DNA of 64,000 nucleotides from a virus, in the IMG/VR virus record IMGVR_UViG_3300020193_000004, positions 1-64,000 of that record. One strand, given 5' to 3'. Made by a program: the position numbers and the translations under genes. Of this stretch, positions 38,311 to 48,523 are shown piece after piece (the first letter of the stretch is position 1; every line of letters starts with the position of its first letter). The notes beneath the pieces are model-generated. The model searched no databases and had not been told where the DNA came from. It was given only the letters and a program-made list of their open reading frames with translations.

Positions 38311-38873
38311 TGGGCCAGCGCATCATCACCCACCGTGGTCCGAACGAGACCCTGGCCCCGGCGCTTCAGGATCTTACAGAGCTCGCGCTCTACTCAACGG
38401 CCGACACCGACGACAAGCAGGGGGTCTACGTCGAGGACGAGAACTCCCTCTACTTCTACGACCTCCAGTCCGCGCTCGCCGAGAGCCTACCGGACATCGT
38501 TGCCCCGACTGGTGGGGTCGGGCGCTGGATCCGACACGGCTACCTCGCTGGTGGGAGCCCGTCGGAACTATACCGGCGGAAATGGTGGCAGCCGCAGGTC
38601 CTCGACACTGGTGACGACGTCGTCATCGAGGAGGACAACGAGCTCATCATCAGCACGCTCGATGTCGACGACGGGACCTTCACCGTCGATGGGCAGCTGA
38701 TCATCTACAGCAACGGCACCGGGACGTGGCGCTCCAGGTTCTCACAGCCTATGTACATCGGCCCCGACGAGGGCCACGCCATCCCGCGCGGGGACCATCT
38801 CCTCGTGGTCGGTGAGTTCACCGTCGACGGCAGCCTCGACGTGCGGGGCGACCTCTTCTTCCTAACCGTGTAA
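38310..38873 (+). CDS. probable virion structural protein
   Basis: IVAPTGGVGRWIR; repeated FTVDG. Confidence 0.55.
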   Translation: MGQRIITHRGPNETLAPALQDLTELALYSTADTDDKQGVYVEDENSLYFYDLQSALAESLPDIVAPTGGVGRWIRHGYLAGGSPSELYRRKWWQPQVLDTGDDVVIEEDNELIISTLDVDDGTFTVDGQLIIYSNGTGTWRSRFSQPMYIGPDEGHAIPRGDHLLVVGEFTVDGSLDVRGDLFFLTV

Positions 38874-38895
38874 ACTTTCACGCTTCGGAGACCCC

Positions 38896-40416
38896 ATGCC
38901 CGGCTCGATTATCACTGACAACCTCAAGATGCGCCAGGGCGCCGCGGCCGCCACGCCCGCAGTGGGCCAGATCGCCCTCTACTGGAAGACCGGAGACGAG
39001 ACCCCGTACATCAAGGACTCGGGCGGAGTGGAATACGCCGTCCTCCTCGCCAGCGTGCCCACCGACGATCTGGTCATCGTCGACAACCAGGCGGGCGCGT
39101 GGGGCGTTCGGGAGGGCACCAACGACTACCTCCGAATCCGGACCTCCAACGGCGCTGAGATCATGACCTTGGGCGCCGACCCTGTGACGGTGACCACGGC
39201 GCAGCTGCACACGCGCGGCGGGCTCGGTGGGTGGGTCGCAACCAGCACAGGCGGGATGACCCTGGACGCGGTGGCTGCGCTGGAGCTGAACTCCAGTACC
39301 GGCGCCATCAACATCGCTAACGACGCGGTGAATCAAGCCGTCAACATCGCTACGGCAGGTACACGTACCGTCACGGTGGGCAACTCCACAGCCACACTCG
39401 TTACCACCGGTGCCTCTCACACCTGGAACATCAAGGACAACGTCGCTGCTCCCCTGACGATCAAGCAAGGAACGGACAACTACCTCGCCCTCAATACCAC
39501 CGATGGGACCGAGGCGATCAGCTTCGGTAACGCCGTCACGAATCCTGATTTCTTCTTCCTGGGGACCGGACCGACGGACTTTGCTGGGCCGGTCGATGTT
39601 AATGGCGCATTCACGCTCACCGGGAGTGCCTCCTACTCTCAGACTGCCGGCAACTTCACCTACAACGCCACGACGAACGACTACATCGTCAATGCGTCGT
39701 CAGCAGCCTTCGCGATCGCCAACAACAACGCAGCTGCTTGGGAAGTGAAGAAGACCCTCACCAACGACAGCTACATCAAGGTCAGCACCCTGAGTGGGTC
39801 AGAGAGGATCACGCTCGGCTCGTACAACGTCCACGTGGCGCAGGGCCTATACGTGGATGGAACGGCGTACGTGAAACTTGGTGTCGCCTCTGGCGTGGAG
39901 GCATACATCGGTGGATACGTCTACGCCAACGACGATGTCTCCTCCCTCGTGCAGAACACCGCGGTTGAGACAGCCTTCAACAAGCAGTGCCCGCAGTTCC
40001 CGGCCAACACCTTCGTCCCGGGTCGGAAGCTGAAGATCCGTGCGGCGGGCACGGTCGTCGACACCAACGGCAACGACGGCAATCAGCAAGTCACCCTGCG
40101 CATCAAGCTGCTCGAAGGGGCGGGCCCGACGCACGCCGTTCTCTTCACGCTCCAGTTCAACGCCAACGCCAACAACGTCTGGAGTATCGACTACTGCGGC
40201 CACGTGCTCAGCACCGGTACCGCCGGGACGCGCACGCTACGCCAGCTCATGGAGGCCGGGGCCGGGGCGTCTCCGGTGGCGAGGACCGCGGTGCAGAATG
40301 CCTCCCCGACGTTCGCCGCCGACCAGCCGGAGACCTTGCAGATCACGGCACAGTGGCAGAACCAGCACGTGGACAACAAGGTGCGCCTGGACTTCCTCGA
40401 GGTTGAGCTCGGATAG
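38896..40416 (+). CDS. tail fibre / receptor-binding-like protein
   Basis: T/N/G/A-rich beta repeats (DYLRIRTSNGAE, NYLALNTTDGTE, SYIKVSTLSGSE). Confidence 0.65.
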   Translation: MPGSIITDNLKMRQGAAAATPAVGQIALYWKTGDETPYIKDSGGVEYAVLLASVPTDDLVIVDNQAGAWGVREGTNDYLRIRTSNGAEIMTLGADPVTVTTAQLHTRGGLGGWVATSTGGMTLDAVAALELNSSTGAINIANDAVNQAVNIATAGTRTVTVGNSTATLVTTGASHTWNIKDNVAAPLTIKQGTDNYLALNTTDGTEAISFGNAVTNPDFFFLGTGPTDFAGPVDVNGAFTLTGSASYSQTAGNFTYNATTNDYIVNASSAAFAIANNNAAAWEVKKTLTNDSYIKVSTLSGSERITLGSYNVHVAQGLYVDGTAYVKLGVASGVEAYIGGYVYANDDVSSLVQNTAVETAFNKQCPQFPANTFVPGRKLKIRAAGTVVDTNGNDGNQQVTLRIKLLEGAGPTHAVLFTLQFNANANNVWSIDYCGHVLSTGTAGTRTLRQLMEAGAGASPVARTAVQNASPTFAADQPETLQITAQWQNQHVDNKVRLDFLEVELG

Positions 40417-40467
40417 TTTCGAATCGAGAGGATCGCCTATTGACGGTGCCCGTGTTAGCACGCGCGT

Positions 40468-40857
40468 ATGCTGCTGCGTGCACGCGTCATCGCAGAGGTC
40501 GAGACCCGGGAGCTCTCGCTGTTCGCCAAGAGGCGCATCGACGCCGCGCTCAAGACATTGGAGCAGGAGTTGGGCCAGCTGGACGTGGGAGACCTGACCC
40601 CGCCCCAGCTGGCCCAAGTCGTCTACGTACCGGGCGACGATGCGCGCTACATCGTGATCGGTGACTGGGCTGACGGGACTGTGGACGTCGTGCGCGAGTT
40701 CGGATCCTTCCCTGCGGACTGCCTCGTCGGCTGGCGGCCAGGTCAGTCCATCGAGGCCTACGCGACCGAGCTCGCCGCCGAACCTGTACCGGAGCCCACA
40801 GATGAGCACCGACGAACGCCCCGTTCTCTCCTCACCACAGCTTCAACTTCGCGCTGA
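40468..40857 (+). CDS. hypothetical protein
   Basis: Codon bias. Confidence 0.55.
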   Translation: MLLRARVIAEVETRELSLFAKRRIDAALKTLEQELGQLDVGDLTPPQLAQVVYVPGDDARYIVIGDWADGTVDVVREFGSFPADCLVGWRPGQSIEAYATELAAEPVPEPTDEHRRTPRSLLTTASTSR

Positions 40858-41086
40858 CCTCGAGACCCGCCTCCTCGCGCTCCCGTATGTGGACTTCGTC
40901 TCGATCGGGTTTCTGAGCGAGGCACCGGGCGCACTGCTGGTCAGCATCGGTACCACGCGCCCCGACATCCTACAGGCCCTGGCCCGGGACATGGTCACCA
41001 CGCTCATGGAGCGCCTCTATGAGCACGACGAAGACATGGCCTGGAACCCGGACATCCACATCCTCAAGGGGCGCATCCGGAGCTGA
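40802..41086 (+). CDS. hypothetical protein
   Basis: GGAG RBS. Confidence 0.55.
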   Translation: MSTDERPVLSSPQLQLRADLETRLLALPYVDFVSIGFLSEAPGALLVSIGTTRPDILQALARDMVTTLMERLYEHDEDMAWNPDIHILKGRIRS

Positions 41087-41132
41087 TGTACTCACATCTT
41101 CCTTGACGATGTGAGTACACATGAAGTAGAGG

Positions 41133-41411
41133 TTGCCCATGTCCACCCAGCCCATCGACCTCAGCGCCGCCTCCCCGCAGGAGTTCCGGGGGCGTCTGGG
41201 GGAGCTGGTGCAGATCAGCTTGCAGAGGTCCGGGGCCTGCGTCCTGGTCGCCCGAGGGATCCAGGAGGTGTCCATCCTGAATCCCGGGATCCTGGACGCC
41301 GTCCCAGATGAAGACATCGCCGCAGCGCTGCTCGAGGTGTGGACCGATGAAGAGGTTCTTCGCTACCTCGAGCAGCGGGCCGAGCGCCGCAAGGGAGGCC
41401 GACATGGGTGA
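41133..41411 (+). CDS. hypothetical protein
   Basis: GAGGT RBS. Confidence 0.55.
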   Translation: MPMSTQPIDLSAASPQEFRGRLGELVQISLQRSGACVLVARGIQEVSILNPGILDAVPDEDIAAALLEVWTDEEVLRYLEQRAERRKGGRHG

Positions 41412-41760
41412 GGGCAACAGGGTCATCGACGCCAGGGAGATATTCGCGGCACGCGCGAAGGAGGCCGTGAAGTACCCCTACTTCTCGCCCAACATGCGGT
41501 ACCTCCGCGAGCTCTGCTCGAGTATCTGCAAGACCCGCCTGCACAAGATGAAGGTCAGCCGCAAGACGCCGCCACCGCCGGACGTCGTCCAGGAACTGGT
41601 CAATGCTATCTCCCGCAATGTGCACCAGGTCCTCGACTGTCATGTCCTGCTGAACCGTACCGGGTGGCTCGTCGTCTTCGAGGCGGGCGACGAGAACGAG
41701 CGGTTCAACTACAGCCTGGTGGTCGACTGGAAGTGGATCCTGCACGAAAACTATGCGTAG
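41404..41760 (+). CDS. hypothetical protein
   Basis: GGAGG RBS. Confidence 0.6.
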   Translation: MGEGNRVIDAREIFAARAKEAVKYPYFSPNMRYLRELCSSICKTRLHKMKVSRKTPPPPDVVQELVNAISRNVHQVLDCHVLLNRTGWLVVFEAGDENERFNYSLVVDWKWILHENYA

Positions 41761-42709
41761 ACCTGCCATAGGGACCAGTCCCCGCCAGCGTACACCCAAC
41801 CCGGAGAGTGACGAAGTGCCGTACGAAATCGAACACACCACCGTGGAACTGCCCCTCGACACGATTGCGGTCGGGCGGAACATCAAGAACATCCGAACGG
41901 TGTTCAACGACGACAGCACCGTGGAGCTCGCGAAGAGCATCTTCCACGACGGACTGCTGAACCCCCTGGTGGTCATGCCGACCACCGACCCCGAGAGCGG
42001 AGAGGCGATCATCGAGCTGGTGTGTGGCGCCCGGCGTATGCGCGCCATCAGCTGGATCCGCGAGAACCTCGACCCGGACTGGAGCGCCGGAGAGGTGCGG
42101 TGCACCCAGTTCGCCGGCACCCTCGAGGACGCCAAGCTCCTAAACGGCGTCGAGAACGTCGAGCGCGAGAACGTCGACGAGGTCGACACCTGCGCCTGGC
42201 TCTACCACATGGTCGAGGAAGAGGGCCGGACCCAGGATGACCTCGCCGAGCGGATGCACCGTAGCGGGCAGTGGGTCTCGCTCCGCCTCACCGTGCATCG
42301 CAAGGGCAGCGACGAGCTCAAACAGGCCCTGCGCGAGGGGCTCATCTCCATCAGCGCGGCGTACGAGCTCGCGAAGAACCTGTCCAAGGAAGACCAGGAC
42401 AAGCGGGTGAAGAGGGCTCGCACCAACGCGGAGAAGCTCATCACCCTCGAAGAGGCGACCACCGCCGGCGACCCGGACAGGGTGCCGCGCCCCAGCAAGA
42501 AGAAGATTGCCGAGATGCTCGCGAAGGCCGAGCAGGCGTCGGCGAACCTGAAGAAGCGGAACGCGCACGGCACGGCCATGGGCCTCCGCTACGTCCTCGG
42601 TCTCTGCTCCGAGGACGAGGCGACCCGAGCGATCGAGTTCGAGCCGGAAGAGGAACCGTCCGGCGGGAACGAGAGGACCGACGACGCCGAGGACTCCAAG
42701 GAGGAGTGA
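41753..42709 (+). CDS. ParB/Spo0J-like protein
   Basis: NIR...ELAKSIFHDGLLNPLVV...LVCGARRMRA, ENVERE, HTH TQDDLAERMHRSGQWVS. Confidence 0.85.
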   Translation: MRRPAIGTSPRQRTPNPESDEVPYEIEHTTVELPLDTIAVGRNIKNIRTVFNDDSTVELAKSIFHDGLLNPLVVMPTTDPESGEAIIELVCGARRMRAISWIRENLDPDWSAGEVRCTQFAGTLEDAKLLNGVENVERENVDEVDTCAWLYHMVEEEGRTQDDLAERMHRSGQWVSLRLTVHRKGSDELKQALREGLISISAAYELAKNLSKEDQDKRVKRARTNAEKLITLEEATTAGDPDRVPRPSKKKIAEMLAKAEQASANLKKRNAHGTAMGLRYVLGLCSEDEATRAIEFEPEEEPSGGNERTDDAEDSKEE

Positions 42710-42880
42710 GGATGTTCACGTGGTTCAGCACTCGCGTAGTGCTCGGCGTCAACCTTCGTACGGGCGAGGCAGTACTCTTCCTCGTCGACTTCGATGTCCG
42801 AGGGCAGCCGAACTACACCCCGCTCGCCAGTGGCTACGGAAACCTGGCTGCGGCAGCGTAGACCACATCCACCCCACAGC

Positions 42881-42918
42881 AGGACGGCCCCGAGGCGACT
42901 CGGGGCCGTTTCTGTTTG
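42881..42918 (+). terminator. intrinsic terminator
   Basis: ACGGCCCCGAG-GCGA-CTCGGGGCCGT followed by TTCTGTTT. Confidence 0.75.
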
Positions 42919-42951
42919 CTTACAACCTATACAACTACATGGTGCTCTCAC

Positions 42952-44001
42952 ATGCACGAGATCGCGGACATCCGCCGCATCGACACCGCCCTGCTCCGCG
43001 CACGGCACTTCCCGACATACCAGAAGACCGGGCTCTTCGACATCCTCGGCAAGCTGGCGTGGAAGTCGCCGCTCATCCTCAAGGGTCCGAAGGGGGCCGG
43101 CAAGACGCTCGGTGTCGAGCAGTGGGCTTACGAGAACAAGGTGCCCTTCCTTAGGAAGAGCTGCACCGCGGACACCGGTGACCGTCAGTTGCTGGGCGCG
43201 CACACGCTCAAGAGCTTCACCGAGAGCTACTTCAGCCTGGGCGTTCTCTCCACCGCCATCGACGTAGCGAACCAGACGGGCCGGTGCCTTCTGGTCCTCG
43301 AGGAGATCAACGCGCTCAACGAGGAAGCGCAGAAGGTCGTCAACTCCATCGCCGATTACCGGCGCGAGGTCGACCTGCCGCACGTGGGCATGGTGTACCG
43401 CCTCAACGACGAGGAGGTGTCCCCCTTCGACGGCAAGGTCGTCGAGCTGGAAGCCATCAACGACTACCAGACCTCCCTGGTGATCGTGAACGCGCTCGAG
43501 GAGGAGGTCCATGAGCTGAAAGTGGCGACGCTCCTCCTCCGCCCGGAGGTGGTGCTGAACGCCGTCGTCAAGAAGGGGGAAGCCCTCTCGGATCGTCCGC
43601 AGCTCTGGGTCGTCGGTACGATGAACCCCGGGTACGGCGGCACCTACGACCTGAACGAGGACTTCCGGTCCCGCTTCAAGTTCATCGAGGTCGGCTTCAT
43701 GGACGACGCCAAGGAGACGGCCGTGCTCCACGGGAAGTTCCCGAGCAAGCCCACGGCGGCGGAAGAGGCGTTCATCCGACACCTCCGCTCCTTGGCGAAG
43801 GAGACCCGCGGCGGGAAGTACGGGTACGCGCTCTCGCTGCGCGACCTCGAGCAGGTGATCGAGGACTACCTGTCCCTGCTGTCGCTCCCGCTGGCGCTCA
43901 AGATGCTCGAGGGGAAGTTCGACTCCCAGTACACCAACGACCTCCAGGCGCGCGTGAAGAGCGTCTTCAGCGTGGACCTCACGCAGGTGACCCTGCTGTG
44001 A
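42952..44001 (+). CDS. MoxR/CbbQ-type AAA+ ATPase
   Basis: GPKGAGKT, LVLEEIN, VVGTMNPGYGGT, FRSRF, SLRDL. Confidence 0.88.
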   Translation: MHEIADIRRIDTALLRARHFPTYQKTGLFDILGKLAWKSPLILKGPKGAGKTLGVEQWAYENKVPFLRKSCTADTGDRQLLGAHTLKSFTESYFSLGVLSTAIDVANQTGRCLLVLEEINALNEEAQKVVNSIADYRREVDLPHVGMVYRLNDEEVSPFDGKVVELEAINDYQTSLVIVNALEEEVHELKVATLLLRPEVVLNAVVKKGEALSDRPQLWVVGTMNPGYGGTYDLNEDFRSRFKFIEVGFMDDAKETAVLHGKFPSKPTAAEEAFIRHLRSLAKETRGGKYGYALSLRDLEQVIEDYLSLLSLPLALKMLEGKFDSQYTNDLQARVKSVFSVDLTQVTLL

Positions 44002-44219
44002 GCGATCTCATCAAGAAGCCGAAGAGCCTGTATTGGCGCCAACGGCACGGGCCCGACGACGGACCCTTCTGCGGCGAGTGCGGTGAGCCGGTGATGCTCC
44101 TGGCCACCGACTTCACGTACCTGCCCGCGTTCTACGTGTGCATCTCTGCCAACTGCGGGTGGATCGGACAGATCGGCGTCGGCCCAGTACCGGATCTTAC
44201 CGATAAGGAGGAGCGTTGA
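43998..44219 (+). CDS. zinc-ribbon protein
   Basis: CGEC...CISANC. Confidence 0.55.
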   Translation: MSDLIKKPKSLYWRQRHGPDDGPFCGECGEPVMLLATDFTYLPAFYVCISANCGWIGQIGVGPVPDLTDKEER

Positions 44220-44794
44220 TGCCTGATTACGACGCAACGACAGCGTCGAGGAAGGGGGAGAAAGTCCTCCGCCACGGCATCTCCACCAAGAACTTCTGGG
44301 GCACGCCCGGAGACGTGTTCCAGGAGCTGGACAAGGAGTTCGACTTCGACCTGGACGCCGCGGCCGAGAGGGGGTCCGCGAAGTGCAGCGACTGGCTCGG
44401 GCTCGATCATCCGGATCCGACCAGACGAGACTCCCTTGGAGGGCCTTCCTGGCCCGGGCTGCGGTCGTTCCTCAACCCGTCCTACTCGCCCGACGGCGGT
44501 ACGCTCTTCCGCTGGACAGTACGAGCCCACAGCGAGTCCAAGAACAAGGAGCACGTGGTGTGTCTCCTGCCTGGGACGGCGGACACGGACTGGGCGAACT
44601 ACTGCTTCGAGCACGCCGACGAGATGCGGTTCACGCCGCGCATTGCGTTCATCGACCCCAACGGCGGGCGAACGGCGCCGATGGGAGGTTCGCTCGTGGT
44701 GGTGTTCCGCAAGGAGCCGATCTGGAGGACCACCCTCTACCTCGACCATGCCTACGTGACCCTCGGCTACGCGCCGTGGAAGAAGGGGAAGTGA
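44216..44794 (+). CDS. phage DNA N6-adenine methyltransferase (phage Dam family)
   Basis: WGTP...LDKEFDFDLDAAA...FLNPSYS...VCLLPGTADTDW. Confidence 0.82.
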   Translation: MMPDYDATTASRKGEKVLRHGISTKNFWGTPGDVFQELDKEFDFDLDAAAERGSAKCSDWLGLDHPDPTRRDSLGGPSWPGLRSFLNPSYSPDGGTLFRWTVRAHSESKNKEHVVCLLPGTADTDWANYCFEHADEMRFTPRIAFIDPNGGRTAPMGGSLVVVFRKEPIWRTTLYLDHAYVTLGYAPWKKGK

Positions 44795-44973
44795 TGAACG
44801 GCCGCACCGGTGGCTGGATCTGCACGAGCCACGTAGTGGAGTTCTACCCACTTGACCCACGCATGCCCGCGCTCCCTCCCCCGCTCCCGGAGCCACTTCG
44901 CCCGTGGGTACCGGCCATCGCCAAGACGCGCTTCCTCACGCGTTTCCACCAACTCAAGGAGCGGCTGCAATGA
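44794..44973 (+). pseudogene. internally deleted remnant of a phage HD-domain phosphohydrolase
   Basis: N-terminal WICTSHVVEFYPLDPR fused to C-terminal PWVPAIAKTRFLTRF; no HD core. Confidence 0.5.
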
Positions 44974-46901
44974 TGACCACGCAGGGACTCGGCGTAGCGC
45001 CGACTCGTCCACCCCTCGACCTCGGACCGATGACAGGCCCGCCCGAGTACATCCGCCAGCGTGCGGAGAACCTGGTTCGCGCGTTCGCGGGCCTGCTCGA
45101 CGTGCCGGAGATCAAGCTCGTCGACAGCTTCCCCGAGGGCGGGAAGACGGACTGCTTCAGCACCATCTGGGTGCCGATGCAGGACCCGGAAGGCTACCTC
45201 GTCACCGAACACGAGCTCTCCCACTGGCTCTTTGAGACCGACTGCGTCGCCACGACCAAGGTCGTCGAGAAGATCTCCAGCCGGCTGCTGAACGCCGCGG
45301 GGCTGAAGATGGGCACGGACGCTGCCCTGGCCTACGAGAAGCACCTCGGGAAGATCGTCCACCACCTGTGGAACATCCTCGAGGACTGGCGGTGCTGCTG
45401 GGCGTGGACCCGCCTGTACCCCGGCGGAGGGGCACTGCTGCAGCAGCGGTGGCACGACATCTCGGAGCATGAGGTACCGAAGGAGGCGCTGAAGCAGAAC
45501 CTCGTGACCTGCCTGGGCGCCTACGCCGTCGGCGTCGACGAGCCGGACGTGCCGCAGGCCTTCAAGGACTGCAAGAAGGCGATGCGCCGGGCCCTGAACC
45601 TCGTGGAGGGCGTGGACGCGATGGCCTGCCTGGCCATCACCTCGCGCCTCATCGACGAGATCGGGGACGCCCTCCTGGACAACAATCCTCCGCCTCCGCC
45701 CCCTCCGCCCGGTGGTGGGGGTGGTGGGCAGGGGTCGTCTCCCGCGCAGCAGCAGCAGCAGAAGCTCCAGCAGGCGCTCCGGCTGCTGAAGCTCCTGTGT
45801 GGCGCGGTGCCCAGGAGCGGGCAGTTCGCCCTGAAGGACAAGGGCCAGGGCATCGGGGACGCGGACATCGCCGACCCGCCGGAGCGGGAGAAGCTGCGGC
45901 GGGAGAGGACGGAGGGGCGACTGGTCACCATCGACCGCCTTCTCGGAGCAGACGACAAGGAGACCGACGAGTCCGGGATGACGCCCTTCGGCCTCATTCT
46001 GGCCCAGGGCGGGGAGAGCATGGAGGCGCGACTCGAGGCTGCACGGGCCGCCATGCTACGTCGGCTGGACACGCCGGACGAGAGCAACGCGGCCGCCCAC
46101 CTCGGCTGGTCGCGCGAGGCGGGGATCCCCATCGTGCACGTCAAGGCGCAGCGGGATCTGCCGCCCCCGACGCACGTGGGCTACGAGAACCGGCGCATCC
46201 TCGAGCAGCTCCGCATGCAGAAGCGGAGGAAAAAGGACTTCGACGGCGAGCTGAACACCGAGCGGCTGCTCTCGGCGATCGGCGCCGGCGAGCTCGATCG
46301 CCCGCTGTACGACAAGCTGGTCCGGGTCCCGCAGTTCGAGCTCCTCTTCGTGCTCGACGTCAGCGGGTCGATGACGATGGGCCAGGCGATGGCGCTCTCC
46401 GAGCGGGCGATCGCCGACTCCGTCTTCGCGGTCCAGGCCATCCGGTCGAAGGCGTACATGTGGGGCTTCTCTGACAAGCTCTACATGTTCGACAAGCCTG
46501 GGTCGCCGACGACGGCCGGGATCCTCTATGGCTCGACCTGCACGGTACAGGCGCTCGATGTCGCGCACAAGTGGGGCAAGAAGGCTCCAATGAAGCGAGC
46601 GGTGATGCTCGTGACCGACGGGTGGCCCACGAGCGTGCGGGCGCGGAATAGCACGGGCAACCCGCTCACGGACCTGCACGCCGTGCTGTCCGAGATGCGC
46701 GAGAGCAAGATCCCGCTCTCCGTACTGGCCATCCAGCACCAGGGACACGCCCTGGAGCAGGCGGTGAAGCAGTACGACATGGCATTCGGGCCCGGCGGCT
46801 ATGGCATGCTCGGGACCTTCGACGACCTGGCCAAGGAACTCCCCAAGGCGGTGCGAATCCTCGCGTCTGCCCACATCCAGAAGGGACTGACACGTACATG
46901 A
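44970..46901 (+). CDS. VWA-domain protein (MoxR partner) with N-terminal metallopeptidase-like region
   Basis: MIDAS DVSGS, T, LVTDG; N-terminal HELSH and NILED. Confidence 0.85.
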   Translation: MMTTQGLGVAPTRPPLDLGPMTGPPEYIRQRAENLVRAFAGLLDVPEIKLVDSFPEGGKTDCFSTIWVPMQDPEGYLVTEHELSHWLFETDCVATTKVVEKISSRLLNAAGLKMGTDAALAYEKHLGKIVHHLWNILEDWRCCWAWTRLYPGGGALLQQRWHDISEHEVPKEALKQNLVTCLGAYAVGVDEPDVPQAFKDCKKAMRRALNLVEGVDAMACLAITSRLIDEIGDALLDNNPPPPPPPPGGGGGGQGSSPAQQQQQKLQQALRLLKLLCGAVPRSGQFALKDKGQGIGDADIADPPEREKLRRERTEGRLVTIDRLLGADDKETDESGMTPFGLILAQGGESMEARLEAARAAMLRRLDTPDESNAAAHLGWSREAGIPIVHVKAQRDLPPPTHVGYENRRILEQLRMQKRRKKDFDGELNTERLLSAIGAGELDRPLYDKLVRVPQFELLFVLDVSGSMTMGQAMALSERAIADSVFAVQAIRSKAYMWGFSDKLYMFDKPGSPTTAGILYGSTCTVQALDVAHKWGKKAPMKRAVMLVTDGWPTSVRARNSTGNPLTDLHAVLSEMRESKIPLSVLAIQHQGHALEQAVKQYDMAFGPGGYGMLGTFDDLAKELPKAVRILASAHIQKGLTRT

Positions 46902-47104
46902 GTAGTAGCTCGGAGCACGAGAAGTGCGACCACACCGAGTTTGAGTTCAGCCGGTGCGAGGTCGACGGCGGCGACCTCATCTTTCACGTCAACTGCTGCG
47001 CCTGCGGGCGGTCCGGCAGTGTCATCATCACCAGCGAAGACGTTCATCTCGTACTGGCGAGCTTCGTTACGAGAGGAATGTCTTCGAGCGACGTGCTCTG
47101 GTAG
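46898..47104 (+). CDS. small Cys-rich protein
   Basis: CDH...CCAC; ATGA coupling. Confidence 0.5.
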   Translation: MSSSSEHEKCDHTEFEFSRCEVDGGDLIFHVNCCACGRSGSVIITSEDVHLVLASFVTRGMSSSDVLW

Positions 47105-47118
47105 CACACAGGAGTTCT

Positions 47119-47475
47119 ATGCACACCCGTAACTACGACGTCTTCCAGAGTGAGCTGTACCAGCTGCTCGGCAAGTCCAAAGTGGAGAACTTCTTCTTCG
47201 CCACCGTCACCTTCGACGGTGGCGACCTGACCGACCTACCGGTGATGGCGAACGTGGTGGGCAACCGCGAGCAGAACCTCGGCCCGGCACGCCTGACAGC
47301 AGTCATGGTGGAGCAGTGCGTAAAGGCCCTGATCCAGCTGACGATGCGGTACTGCGGACTCCAGCTCCACCAGGCGGTCGGAGTCATGGTCGAGTCGACC
47401 AAGGCTGCCGCCTTCGAGTTGCAGCAGCAGCAGGAGGCGTACCTGCAGAGCCAGCGTGGGCACGCCGAGGGGTAG
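47119..47475 (+). CDS. hypothetical protein
   Basis: AGGAG RBS. Confidence 0.6.
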   Translation: MHTRNYDVFQSELYQLLGKSKVENFFFATVTFDGGDLTDLPVMANVVGNREQNLGPARLTAVMVEQCVKALIQLTMRYCGLQLHQAVGVMVESTKAAAFELQQQQEAYLQSQRGHAEG

Positions 47476-47646
47476 TCGGCTGAAGGGGTGTCTGCACACG
47501 GCGCTCACCGCGCCCGTGCGGGCCCTCTTCTTGTACCTGGACTGGCGCAGACGGCGCGCCGACGCGCGGTGGAGGCGGGACGTGTGAAGCCCCATCACGA
47601 GCTTGCGTTCAAGGTATACGCGTGATACCTAAGGAAGGGAGGTTGA

Positions 47647-48261
47647 ATGTGCTCCTTTCCTGAGTGTGAGAAGGACGACTACTGCGGTGGCCTGTGCCGA
47701 GGGCACTACGCCCAGAAGCGCAAAGGCCAAGAGCTCAGACCGCTGCAGGACCGCAGAAAGCCCAACCGCTACGTCGTCGTGGATGACGAGGCGCACATCA
47801 TCCTCGTGGACCGCGAAGGTAGTCCGCAGGGCTTCGCTCGCGTGTCTCTCGAGGATCTCGATCGTGTACTACGTCTCCGCTGGCACCGTGCGGCAAAGGG
47901 CTACGTCGCTGCGCACGTCTACGGCACGACCTCGAACACCGTCTTCTTGCACCGCTACATCCTCGACGCACCAGAGCGGGACGAAGTCGACCACAGGAAT
48001 GGGGACCGCCGGAACTGCACGCGCGGGAACCTTCGACTCGGAACCTTGATCCTGAACAGCGAGAACCGCGGGAGTACCGGAGCCACCGGGTACAGGAACA
48101 TCTACCGGTACGGCGACCGCTTCAGGGTGGCCGTGGTGAAGAACCGCAAGCAGTACTGGGGTGGCTACCACGACACGATCGAGGAGGCAGAAGAGGAAGC
48201 CCGCAGGCTACGCACGCGGCTCTTCACCTTCCACAACGAAGAGCGCAGCCGTGCGTCTTGA
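47647..48261 (+). CDS. HNH endonuclease with AP2-like C-terminal domain (homing-type)
   Basis: CSFPEC..LCRGHY; LHRYIL...VDHRNGDRRNCTRGNLR; TGYRNI...YWGGYHDTIEEA. Confidence 0.88.
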   Translation: MCSFPECEKDDYCGGLCRGHYAQKRKGQELRPLQDRRKPNRYVVVDDEAHIILVDREGSPQGFARVSLEDLDRVLRLRWHRAAKGYVAAHVYGTTSNTVFLHRYILDAPERDEVDHRNGDRRNCTRGNLRLGTLILNSENRGSTGATGYRNIYRYGDRFRVAVVKNRKQYWGGYHDTIEEAEEEARRLRTRLFTFHNEERSRAS

Positions 48262-48523
48262 GGTCTCACCGAAGGCCGAGCGGTACCTGGAGCGCACAGC
48301 CCGCATCCTGTCACGGGACGCGGGCCGACGCCTCAAGCCGGAGGATGTCCTCGAGCTCCTGGTGGAGCTGGCGATCGCGGACGAGGGACTCTACGACCCC
48401 GAGACCGGGGCGTCGCTCAGTAGTACACGGGCTCGGAGCCAGAGCGAGAGAGTCCGAGGCTCAGAACCTTCTGGGCGGTTCGCGCTCCAGCACCTAAGCC
48501 AACGCCTTCGGGACGAGGATTGA
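48251..48523 (+). CDS. small hypothetical protein
   Basis: Overlap coupling; 3' end overlaps the convergent gene. Confidence 0.45.
   Translation: MRLEVSPKAERYLERTARILSRDAGRRLKPEDVLELLVELAIADEGLYDPETGASLSSTRARSQSERVRGSEPSGRFALQHLSQRLRDED

Noticed and set aside
43411-43590. Intein in MoxR
   Set aside because: Too short, and lacks the C-terminal HN-C/S/T splice motif
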